DNA of 32,436 bases from Octopus bimaculoides (taxonomy: Eukaryota): positions 92,608,236 to 92,640,671 of the forward strand of contig NC_068988.1 in NCBI RefSeq assembly GCF_001194135.2, written 5' to 3'. Below the pieces are notes generated by a model, which did not search any database, had not been told where the DNA came from, and was given only the letters and a program-made list of their open reading frames with translations. Shown here piece by piece: positions 1 through 9,711 of this stretch. Position 1 is the stretch's first letter; every line of letters starts with the position of its first letter. The position numbers were made by a program, and so were the translations under genes.

Positions 1-815
1 AGTTGGCTGCAGTATACTTCGGCCGTGATTGATGAGCCAGGTTTAATGAAATCATAATGAATCACACCTGCGCCAGACCACCAAATACACACCATCAGCT
101 TCTTTTGATGAATTTTGCTTTTTGGACTGTATTTTGGTGGCTTGTCTTTGTCCAACCATTGTGGTGAACGCTTACGGTTGTTGTATTGGATCCATTTCTC
201 ATCACGTTACAATTCGATTCAAAAATGATTAATTTTTGTGACATAATGCAGGCTTCCAAACGTTGCTGCTTCTGATTTTCATTGAATTCATGTGGAACCC
301 ATTTATCCAACTTTTTCACTTTACCGATTTGAACCAGGTGAGTCAATATTGTTCGCTTTCTAACACCAAACAACAACTGGCATTTTGAGATGGATCTGAC
401 TCGATGGTGGCTTTCAGTTCGTCATTATCCACCTTTGTTTCCGGTTGAACACGTTGCTCATTTCTGAAGTCAAAGTTACCAGAACGAAATTTTGCGAACT
501 AATTTGATACCGTCTGCTGTGTAATAACATTAGAACGAAATTCTCCATTAATATTCCGAGCTGTCTGTGAAGCTGTATTTCCAAGAAAGAACTCATATTT
601 CAAAACTGTACAAATTTCCGACTTAGCCATCTCTAAACAAAAATAGCAAAAAACGACTTACAAATACTTTATAAAGTGCAAAATGAGTTTGAATAAAGAA
701 ATAAATATGTCAGCCTTCTAACAAAAAATAAAGATTGTCAAAATATAAGAATGGCGCAAAATGAGCAAAGTTTACCATATACCTTACTACAAATTTCATA
801 CTTGACGACCTAATA
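1..815 (-). mobile_element. Decayed mariner (Tc1/mariner) DNA transposon: 5' TIR plus N-terminal to catalytic part of the transposase, running off the window's left edge
   Basis: Minus strand from ATG at 630 reads MAKSEICTVLKYEF...FAKFRSGNFDFRNEQRVQPETKVDNDELKATIESDPSQ, then KKLDKWVPHEF (WVPHEL motif) and KKLMVCIWWSGAGVIHYDFIKPGSSITAEVYCSQL, with frameshifts and stops. The terminus TA|TTAGGTCGTCAAGTATGAAATTT at 791-815 is mariner-like. Confidence 0.92.
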
Positions 816-874
816 TTTACTCTATATGTGCTAATTACTATTTTTCTTTGTTCGCGATATTACTTTATTCGTAA

Positions 875-902
875 CTAGCGGGACCCGTGAATATCTCACG
901 GA
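875..902 (-). mobile_element. Helitron-like 3' terminus (hairpin + CTAG|T); 5' end not located
   Basis: Minus strand reads CCCGTGA-GATAT-TCACGGG-TCCCG-CTAG|T: a 7-bp GC-rich stem, then CTAG followed by T, which is the canonical Helitron 3' end. Confidence 0.5.
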
Positions 903-1160
903 ATTAATGGTAAACCTATTTAATTATTTCTGAAAGCTTTATCCAAAAAACCTGAAAGCGTAGTCTGTGTTGTGCCTGTATGGGAAGATAGTCACTCCTC
1001 TGCGACTCATTGAAAGCTGAAAGAAACTGGAATACGATGATTACGTAATGCACTCTATATATACACTTTATATACTTTATGCGCAATTTTATGCGCATGC
1101 GTTAAGTGATAGGTGATACAAAAAACTTAGTTCAATTAAAAAAGCACTTTTTACTATCCA

Positions 1161-1216
1161 ACCACCATCGCCACCTCACCATCACCACCACCATCACCAC
1201 CACCATCATCATCATC
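1161..1216. repeat. (CAC/CAT)n trinucleotide repeat
   Basis: Direct reading of the sequence. Confidence 0.9.
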
Positions 1217-1403
1217 TCTGTCTCCCCTTCTCTCTCCATCCCTCTCTCCCTCTACCTTTCTTTAATCCCACCATCAGAACATTACCCCTCTGCTAAAATT
1301 ATAGTTTTAACTCTCCTCCTCCTCTATATTATCTCTACCTTCAACTAAATTTTTAGAACCACGTAATAAATATTACGTTCCCTCCACCTCTCATCATGGA
1401 CGC

Positions 1404-1510
1404 CTCTCTCTCTCTCGCTCTCTCTCTCGCTCTCTCTCTCGCTCTCTCTCTCGCTCTCTCTCTCGCTCTCTCTCTCTCGCTCTGTCTCTCGCTCTGTCTC
1501 TCTCTCTCTC

Positions 1511-1548
<38 letters not shown>
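1404..1548. repeat. (CT)n microsatellite with CTCTCTCTCG higher-order units
   Basis: Direct reading of the sequence. Confidence 0.95.
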
Positions 1549-1551
<3 letters not shown>

Positions 1552-1713
1552 CTTTTTTCTTTCTCTTCCCTCCGTCTCTCCCTCTTTCTGTCTCACTCTT
1601 CGCCTTATCCACATTTTCTAACTCCTTTTTCTTTCTCCTCTCTTTCCCTTCAGCTAATCACGTGAAAGCGTTACAATTACAGTCCTTCTACTTCACGTCA
1701 TGGACGCTTCTCT

Positions 1714-1821
1714 CTCCCTCTTTTTCTCTTTCCCCATTTTCTTTCTCCCTCTTTTTCTCTTTCCCCATTTTCTTTCTCCCTCTTTTTCTCTTTCCCCATT
1801 TTCTTTCTCCCTCTTTTTCTC
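1714..1821. repeat. 31-bp tandem repeat, about 3.5 copies (CTCCCTCTTTTTCTCTTTCCCCATTTTCTTT)
   Basis: Three exact consecutive units plus a partial unit. Confidence 0.9.
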
Positions 1822-2368
1822 TAATCACGCGAAAGCGTTACCGACGGGCTAAGTAACGGAATGATATGCAGAATTATTATAAGATACTACTTATAATAAC
1901 AGCAAGAGGGAAGAACAACATTTATAATGATGATAATGATTTTATTTTCCACAAGAGTATCTAATGAAAGGGAAACAATACGAAGACAGTTTACGATTTT
2001 TGTTTGGGTTTACATAAAAGGATGATGTGAAGAAAAGATGAGGCGCAGATAAGATATAAAGACTACAAACGTAGTGCACAAAATACATGAATACATGATT
2101 GATGCAGCCCTCCTGATATAGGAAAGCCACCAATAAAGGCCAATAAAGGATCTCCACAGACCTAGGATCACAAGCCTTCGCCCAACTGTAGTTCTCCAAT
2201 CGACAGGCGCATGCCTAGGACTTTCTAACGCATATAAACCGAATCATCAAAGCTAATAAACCGGATAGGCCGAAACAATAAAGTCTGTTTATTGATCGAC
2301 TCGAGTATTTCTCGTGATCATAATACCTCGGCAAAAGAATGCATAAAATATATAAAAAATTGTCTGTC

Positions 2369-2440
2369 TTTTACTTGTTTCAGTCATTAGATAGCGGCGA
2401 CATTGGGGCACCACCTTGAAGAATTTTAGTCGAACGAATA
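2369..2440 (-). mobile_element. SINE family B, 3' tail fragment
   Basis: TTTTACTTGTTTCAGTCATT...GGGGCACCACCTT is the reverse complement of the family B tail seen at 4363-4485 and 20726-21041. Confidence 0.8.
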
Positions 2441-3367
2441 GTTTAACTGGTATGTGAGTCCAGCGTCCGACGACGCCGTCCAACGGCATTGATTTGTCTC
2501 TTCAAGTGCCCAGTCTCAATTTCACCGACTTGTCGGCGTTGATTTTGGCCCCTGCAACCAACTCATATTCCCTTACAATGAAGCCGACCGTCTCCAATTC
2601 GGAGACACCATGACGGTGACATCGGCGTACGCCGACACTGCCCTCCCGAGTCCAATTTCGAAAGAGAGGCCTCTTAACTGTTCCAACTTCCGCAGCAGCG
2701 GTTCGAGAGCCAGCACATACAGAAGAGGTGACAACGGGAAACTCTGACGGACCAAACGTGCTATACTAAACGGTTCCAGTAGGTGGCCATTTACTTTGCC
2801 CACCGAACAAGTGCTGCTGCGCATTGCAGCAATCTAGCCCCTGAAAACGGGTCCAAAACCGACCGCTTTAAGGACGGCTTCCAAGTAGCGATGGTTGACC
2901 CTGTCGAAAGCTTTCGACTGATCTAAATTGATCAGGGCCCCACCGAAGCCAGCTTTAGTCCCATCCCTCTCTACGATGTATCGCATAAAGTGGAGGTTGT
3001 CGTTCATAGACCTGCTCGGGATTGCGCACGTTTGTACCTCCCCAACCAGACTATCGACGACAAGCGCCAACCTTTTCACTAACACCTTGGCCAAAATCTT
3101 AAACTTTGTGTTTAGTAGAGTTATGGACCGAAAATTCCCTAGCAGGCCCCCATTGTCGACGTCCTTTTTCTTCAGTGTTACCACACCCCAGCTAACGGCA
3201 CTATGAATTCTCCCGTTTTGCTGCCAGTTACTCTAGACGTCTGCCAAGAGACTGCCAAAATAATCTGGCACGAATTCATAGAATTCGTGGGGTAGACCAT
3301 CCAAACCGGGAGATTTGTGACTTGTGCAATTGTTCATCGCCCCCCGCATTTCAGTGGCTGTAATCGG
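2441..3367 (-). mobile_element. Tx1/L1-clade LINE reverse transcriptase relic, copy A
   Basis: KSPGLDGLPHEFY...NFRSITLLNTKFKILAKVL...QTCAIPSRSMNDNLHF...LINLDQSKAFDRVNH...VRQSFPLSPLLYVLALEPLL...SAYAD(D)VTVMVS...GAKINADKS, with stops and frameshifts. Confidence 0.93.
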
Positions 3368-4333
3368 TGCCGAGTTGCAAGCAATTGATTTTTCCGCGTT
3401 AATTTTTGCTCCTGTAAACGCTTTGTATTCTTGTAGTGTGTCGCCAATCAGGTCTACATGCCTGTGACTCGACACCATCACGGTCTGACATCGTCTGCAA
3501 AAGCAGACACGCTTCTCTCACATCCTAGATCACGCATGGAAGTCCTCAAAGCCCCCAACTCCCGCAGCAGTGGCTCAAGAGTCAGCACATATAGAAGGGC
3601 AGAACGAGGTCACTCTTGACGGACCGAGCGCAAGATGCTGAAAGGCGACTATTAACCCGAACAACCGAGCAGATGCCGTTGTACAAAGCAGCAATCCGAC
3701 CGCGGAAAACCAGACCGAACCCGGCTTTTCTAAGAACAGCTGCCAAGTATTGAAGGTTGACCCTATCGAAGGCTTTAGACAGATCTAAGTTGATCAGAGT
3801 CCCACCCATGCCAGCTTCGTTACCCACCCTCTCTATGATGTAGCGCATGAGGTGGAGGCTGTCTTGAATAGTCCTGGTTGGGATGGCGCTTGTTTTGCGC
3901 CTTGCCAATCAGCTTGTACACGACAAGCGCCAATCTCTTGGCTAACACCCTGGCCAAAATCTTCAACTCTGCATTGAGCAGAGTGACGAACCTGATATTC
4001 TCTATAACGTCCCTCGTCACCGTTTGGGTCCTTTCTCAGCAGTGCCACCGCCCCTCGGCTAACGAAATAATGAGAATTCTCCCATTTTGTTGCCAGTTGA
4101 AGTAGACGTCTGCTAAGAGACCCGCAAACAAGTCTGGCTCGTAGCTCAGACTATCCAAACCCAGCGATCTGCCTCTTGTGCAGCCCTTCATCACTTTCTA
4201 TATTTCCACGGCGGTCATCGGTCCTTCGTAGCATTCCGTCTCGTTCGCCGACAGTCGCGGCAGGCCGCCCAGGTAGACACCGAAGTCTGCCCTGTTATCC
4301 GTCCTACCACTCGTCCCGAACAGTCGACCAATC
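3365..4333 (-). mobile_element. Tx1/L1-clade LINE reverse transcriptase relic, copy B
   Basis: LPRLSANETECYEGPMTAVEI...RSLGLD...VTLLNAELKILARVLAKRL...AIPTRTIQDSLHLMRY...LINLDLSKAFDRVN...AFADDV...GAKINAEKS. Confidence 0.93.
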
Positions 4334-4362
4334 ACGCATACATGTATATAAATGGATGTGCT

Positions 4363-4485
4363 CAATAGAATAAGTACCAGGCTTAAAAAAAAGTCCTAGG
4401 ATGGAATCGATCCATTCAACTAAAAATCGAAGGCGGTGCCCCAGCATGGCCTCAGTCTAATGTCTGAAATAAGTAAAAGATAAAA
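4363..4485 (+). mobile_element. SINE family B, 3' part
   Basis: TAGAATAAGTACCAGGC...GAAGGCGGTGCCCCAGCATGG...GAAATAAGTAAAAGA matches the other family B copies. Confidence 0.8.
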
Positions 4486-4737
4486 AATATATTAAAAAAA
4501 AATTCGACTTAGTTATTTCTAGATTGAGGAAAGTCATTAAGTTTTTGTTATTGTTGTGAGATCATGGAAAACACACCACCCCTCGTCCCAGAATAAACAT
4601 TTCCCCCACAATAAACTCATTATTAGGAGTGACGTTTTTAACCAGAGGCGAAATGCTCAAACCAGCAAAACAGACTATCAACGTGTTCAAACTGCTGCAA
4701 ACGTTTCGTTTCATTTCCGCAATTGACACCTTTCTTT

Positions 4738-4761
4738 GTATGTGTGTGTCTGTGTGCGTGC

Positions 4762-4812
<51 letters not shown>

Positions 4813-4885
4813 CGTGCGTATGTAGGTGTGTGCTATGTGTGTGTGTGTTTGTGTGTCAGTGTGTATTGTGCGTCTGTATGTGCTT
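4738..4885. repeat. (TG)n imperfect microsatellite
   Basis: Direct reading of the sequence. Confidence 0.95.
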
Positions 4886-5242
4886 AAATTTCATATATTA
4901 CCCCAGTTCAACAATCGTCCAGGAATATACCATCAGCTTGTTTGGAACTAGTACTTGTAATAGCCTACTGTCGCATCCTGTGGTAGGTTTATTTTTAACA
5001 TCCAGAAATTTGTCCGGAATAGATTAGAGATGTCAATAGTGGTATTTTACTAAGTGGTCAGTCACTCAAAAATAACGAAAGAATGGGATGAAAAAAACAC
5101 ACACAGAAAAATTCAGAAAAAACAAGTCTATTATAAACTGAAGGTATAGTGGCGCGTGCGCGTGTTTTTGTATGAATGTATGAAAACACCCCTCATCAGT
5201 GAGTATTGTGATATCTGATGATTCTGTTATATTTGTAAGTTT

Positions 5243-5413
5243 ATTGGTTTCAAATTTTGGTAGAAGGCCAGTAATTTTTTTGGCGGGGGTGGGCGGTGGT
5301 ACTAAGTCGATTATATCGACCTCAATGTTCAGCTGGTACTTGTTTTATCAAATCCGAAAGGGATGAAAGGCAAAGTCGACTGCGGTGGAATTTGAACTCA
5401 GACCGTAAAAAGA
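5243..5413 (-). mobile_element. SINE family A, 5'-truncated
   Basis: GGATGAAAGGCAAAGTCGAC...GGAATTTGAACTCAG is the reverse complement of the B-box and central domain of the full-length copy at 25886-26104. Confidence 0.85.
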
Positions 5414-5811
5414 AGTACTGAGAGAGCAATGGTGAGAGAGATGTGTGGGGTGAAGCTGTTTGATAAAAGGACGATGGGAACGCTGGGGTTGGAGGGATCG
5501 GTGGAATGGTTGGCAAGGGTGAATAGAGTGAGGTGGCATGAGCATGCGTTGAGGAGAGATGAAGGGCATGTTCCGAGGAGGGTGATTGCGTTTGAGGTAA
5601 GTGGAGCGTGAAAGGGTGATGGACTGAGGAAAAGGTGGAGGGGACAGGCAGAGGAGGAGATTGGGAGGGTTGGTTTGAAAAAGGGGGACACCCAAAACCG
5701 GGCAAGATGGCGAGATGGTGTGAGGGCGGTTGCTATGGCATTGAGGTAGATCCGACTACCCCCGTTAACGGGGACAAAACACGGATTTAAAACACTGGAT
5801 GATGATGAAGA
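5414..5811 (+). mobile_element. RTE-clade LINE 3' end with (GAT)n tail
   Basis: TERAMVREMCGVKL...VRWHEHALRRDEGHVPRRVIAFEV...NRARWRDGVRA resembles the RTE C-terminal (LRWYGHVLRR...R.RWR) region. It ends in GGATGATGATGA. Confidence 0.82.
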
Positions 5812-5824
5812 GAGGGTGCTCAAA

Positions 5825-5995
5825 AATTCAAAAGGCGTGGTTGGAGACCCAACCTTCTCCGTTCTTTTACAGGACTTAGAAAAACTGAAGGACCGCTGCA
5901 TTAAGTGTGTGAATCTGAGAGGGGAATATGTTGAATACTTTTATTCAACATGATTAATTGATGCTACAGTATTTTAATTTACCCAAAGCCAGTAC
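5825..5995 (+). mobile_element. Mariner transposase C-terminal fragment
   Basis: WLETQPSPFFY / LEKLKDRCIKCVNLRGEYVE matches the mariner C-terminal motif FY..GI.KL..RW.KC....G.YVE. Confidence 0.7.
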
Positions 5996-5999
5996 TATT

Positions 6000-6252
6000 T
6001 TTTAAGCCTGGTACTAATTCTATCGGTCTCTTTTGCCAAACTGCTAATTACGGGGACGTAAACACACCAACACCACTTGTCAAGCGGTGCTGACACACGC
6101 ACACACACAACTGACGGGCTTTTTTCAGTTTCCGTCTACCGAATCCGCTCACATGGCTTTGGTAGGAAACATTTGCCCAAGGTACTTCGCAGTGGGACTG
6201 GACCCGGAACCTTGTGGTTGGGAATCAAGCTTTTTACCACACAGTCACGCCT
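6000..6252 (-). mobile_element. SINE family B, near full length, with internal (GT)n
   Basis: Minus-strand head AGGCGTGACTGTGTGGTAAAAAGC...CCGGGTCCAGTCCCACTGCG is tRNA-like; CCTTGGGCAAATG and TTTACGTCCCCGTAA follow. Confidence 0.85.
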
Positions 6253-6581
6253 AAAAATAAAATTAAAAACACTTCTCTCTGTCGGCCCGGTGGTTAGGTA
6301 CCCCTGCTTTAGGTGTCAATAAAATGAAGTACCAATGGAAGAACTGGAGTCGAGGGTTTCGACAATCCACTTTTCTTAAACGAAAAATAAATAAAGAGAG
6401 AAAAAGAAAGAAATTACTGGCCTTTTACCTAAATTAGAAAGTATCATTACTAGGGACTCCGACATGTCTATCGACCCCGAGGGCTAACAGTGGCTTTCGG
6501 TGCATCTTCAGGAATTATGAAACATTTATGCATTCATTTATAAGCTATCACAAGGCTGCCAGCTGGAAGATTCGTTTAGAC

Positions 6582-6844
6582 CAGAGGTTCTCAATCGGTG
6601 TCCATAAAAGATTCTTTTGTTAAAATTTATCTGCAATAAATTGTTTTTACTTCTGCAATGCACAAAATATTTGAACAATTTCTTTTTATACAATTCCTAA
6701 TAATATTCAATTATAAATAGGATTTTATTTTTATGTATTGAATGGCTGTGAGCGTCCACCCGAGTAAAATAGAAATCTAAGAGGTCCACAGGTAAAAACA
6801 AACAAACAAAAAACAAAAAAGAAAAAAACGTTTGAGAAACACTG
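6582..6844. mobile_element. hAT (Charlie-like) MITE with TIRs and 8-bp TSD
   Basis: Left TIR CAGAGGTTCTCAATC; right TIR (reverse complement) CAGTGTTTCTCAAAC; TSD GTTTAGAC (6574-6581) / GTTTAGAG (6845-6852). Confidence 0.88.
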
Positions 6845-6888
6845 GTTTAGAGTTCCAGAGAAAATATTTTACAGTATAGTCAGTATTT

Positions 6889-7037
6889 TTCAGTGTTAAA
6901 ATTCCGCCGAGATCACTTTATATTTCATGTGTTTCGAAGTTGATAAAACATATGTTCTAGTTGAGCACTGGGGTCGATGTAATTGACTTACAACCGCTCC
7001 TAAAGTTACTGACCTTGTGCCAAAATTTGAAAGATTT
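6889..7037 (+). mobile_element. SINE family A, 3' part
   Basis: AAATTCCGCCGAG...GAGCACTGGGGTCGATGTAATTGACTTA...CCTTGTGCCAAAATTTGAAA. Confidence 0.8.
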
Positions 7038-7249
7038 ATAAGTTGTTTATTGTTGTGGTTTAACCTCAGTTAGTCCTCATGAAACAGATAGTCCTGCGAT
7101 CACAAAAAATTCAGCCTTGCATACCATGTCTTTTTGTAGTGAGTTCAAAAAAGAAAAACGACAAAAAAAACAAAAAAACAAAAAACAACAACGCGAGGAC
7201 GTGATACACATATTGTGTTACTGGATGCTCGGGAAAGGAAAGAAAGAGA

Positions 7250-7284
7250 GTTTGACGTTTCGAGCGCAGCTCTTCGTCGGAAAC
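7250..7284 (-). ncRNA. Minimal type I hammerhead ribozyme-like motif, probably a Penelope-like element terminus
   Basis: GUUU-CCGACGA-A-GAGC(UGC)GCUC-GAAA-CG-UC-AAAC: stem I GUUU/AAAC, CUGANGA-like core with U4C, 4-bp stem II, and GAAACGUC with a palindromic ACGU in place of stem III. Confidence 0.65.
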
Positions 7285-7724
7285 ATAGGAAAGTCCAAAG
7301 AAGGGAAGACGGAGGAAGAAAAAATCGCCAACGATATACACGAGGTTACATTGTAGAATGACCGGAAGGGAAAGGGTGGAGAAAAAGTTCTTTCTAAGAC
7401 AGGAGAGTGCAAGAGAGGGAGGTAAGTATGTGTGCGTGCGCGCGGACGACAATATTATTCATTGAGTCATTCCATTTTTTACTTTTTCATAAGGCGTGTG
7501 TGGTCTGAAGAAGAATTGGCTGCTACATTGAATAGATCGAGCGACTGCAGTGAGGCATTCATTCATTCATTTATTTATGACAGAGATCAGTTCATTATTG
7601 CAATTTTTGATTTATTTTTACATTTGTTTATGCCCCACATAATTATCGTAATATATCTAAATCTAAAACGTGTTCTCGTATCCATACCCGCCGTTTTAAC
7701 AAAAATCATCTGAAAGACTATTTA

Positions 7725-7960
7725 GTCGCAGGGGTGGCTGTGTGGCTAAGAAGCTTGCTCCACAGCTATGTGGTTTCGGGTTCCGTCTCGCAGTGCGGCG
7801 TCTTGGCCAACTGTCTTCTGTTATAGACCCTGGCCAACTAAAACCTTCTAAATGGATTTGGCAGACCGAAAATGGAAGAAGCTCGTCCTGTGTATTTATG
7901 TATGTATATATATATATATATGCATATAATATACATACATATATATATATATATATATAA
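7725..7960 (+). mobile_element. SINE family B, 5' half ending in (TA)n
   Basis: tRNA-like head GTGGCTGTGTGGCTAAGAAGC...GGGTTCCGTCTCGCAGTGCGG followed by the family B body. Confidence 0.8.
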
Positions 7961-7994
7961 TTTTGGCAAATGTCCAACAATTGTGAGAGAAGAA

Positions 7995-8143
7995 TTTAAT
8001 GATCCCAGTACTTAATTGGTGCAGTAATTTATTTATCCAGAGGGATGAAAGAAAGATTTGAACTTGGCAAGATTTGAACTCAGAAGGTTAAGAGCGTATC
8101 TAAAAACTGTAAGACTTGTTTTCAACTCTCTAGTGATTCTGCC
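7995..8143 (-). mobile_element. SINE family A, decayed
   Basis: GGGATGAAAG...ATTTGAACTCAGAA...GATTCTGCCA. Confidence 0.65.
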
Positions 8144-8951
8144 ATGTTAGTCGACTCCAGTTGAACTCCAAAACAGTACTTTCGGTCTTTACATAATTCC
8201 ACCTTCTTGTTGATAATCTTTGAGTTCGAGTGTCGTTGTAAATTGTGTGACTCTCTACATGCTAGCGTAAATTATATTCATGTGCGTTCACTGAGCCACA
8301 ATGGCAAAACACAGACAAATATTGCGACATCTGGAACATTGTGAACATTTGTAATAGCACATGAATTAGGGAGTTACCCATGTACATGTGCACGCACACA
8401 CAGGCAGACAGACAGACACACACACACACACGCACACACACACACTGTCCAGATTTTCGATCAAATTTCCTGCGAGTTAACATGGGATCCCTTGACGACA
8501 ATGTAACCTTCATTTGACTAAGGTATCTTTAGCCCGATGAGTACCTAGCGGTGTGCCCCTCGCCGAGAGTTTACTACTTTCGAGGTTCCGCTGGCTAGGA
8601 AACATATATGTAGTCTGGATTTTACCAACTCTATTCTCTCAATTTGGATGTTTATTCGTATACACAGCAACCCAGTTGCTAACTGTGAACTATAAAATAA
8701 CTTGTTCCAGCTTATCGAACTTCGATATAGTAAAAAATTCACAACCTTCTACGTCAATAAATCATTGTTGTTCATGAAAGTTGCTTTTAATATCTTCTAC
8801 GAATTGTTCGAAGCTTACTAACCTCCTACAACTGACCTGGATCCTTGGATCTTAACTTTACACCCCCCCCACACACACACAGATACAAAAAGGAGTTAGT
8901 TGGTTGAATGTAATTAAGTTCAAATGTTGTAAAGAAGAGGAAAAAGCTAAC

Positions 8952-9036
8952 GTTTTGGGCTCTTGCTCTTCAGTAGAGAGTAGAGGAAGATGAAGGCGTT
9001 GTTGGCTGACAGGCAGGCCAACGACACCTTCGCCAT
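8952..9036 (-). CDS. Candidate first coding exon, 28 codons + 1 nt: MAKVSLACLSANNAFIFLYSLLKSKSPK; product unidentified
   Basis: AGAATGG start context (A at -3, G at +4), an in-frame TAG two codons upstream, and a phase-1 donor AAAC|GTTAGC at 8951. The surrounding sequence is CpG-rich and matches no repeat family. No downstream exon was found in the window. Confidence 0.38.
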
Positions 9037-9039
9037 TCT

Positions 9040-9560
9040 CTACCCTCCGTCGACAGACAAAAGCCTAAAACAACCTTCCTTCTCCTCGCTGTAATCGAAC
9101 TTATTGACATTTCACCTACTCTCATTTTAATTAATTGTTGCCGACAGACGGAAACCATCGCTAGTTTCTTCGGTTTCCAAGACTTTGCCCTATTATTAAA
9201 ATGAACTGATCTATTTACGAAAACGTACATATTTACGTATCCGTACATGATGGTTGCTTCCTCGTGTTAGATGACACCCGTCTTTTGTAAGACTTCTGCA
9301 CATCACGGGATTATTGCGACATACGTTTGTACGACACGTATGTCACTCGTTACATATCCGTAGTTAAACATCCAGTGACAGGCAACAGCAAAATAGCCGG
9401 AAACTATTTTCGCCGCAGGTTTTATATCAGACGGTAATTGTCTGAACTTCTCCAATAAAAAAGATAAACACACTTTAAAGCAAGACCAGAATGACCGGAA
9501 ACTATTTCAACCGTGGATTTTATATCGGGTGGGGAGGGGGAGACTACGACACAGGTGCTT
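9040..9560 (-). promoter_or_regulatory. Candidate promoter / 5' UTR region upstream of the candidate exon
   Basis: Locally high CpG content in an AT-rich background and two CCGGAA (ETS-like) sites inside a duplicated 38-bp block. A decayed transposon origin is not excluded. Confidence 0.3.
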
Positions 9561-9711
9561 TCTCAATACTTTTCCATTAAAAGGACACCCGCAAGTCAGT
9601 AAAGGGTTCACTATGGAGTTATTCCTTTTCCAAGTGGCTTTTCTGCGGGTTCATACACAAATCGGTGATTGTGTCTGCGCACACAGTACTCACCGCACTA
9701 AATATAGTTGT

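Noticed and set aside
2020-2335. Possible solo LTR (TATAAA, several AATAAA)
   Set aside because: No matching TG...CA ends with a TSD could be identified.
8545-8800. Possible second exon of the candidate minus-strand gene
   Set aside because: The phase-1 acceptors tested lead to stops within about 15 codons, and no protein similarity was recognised.
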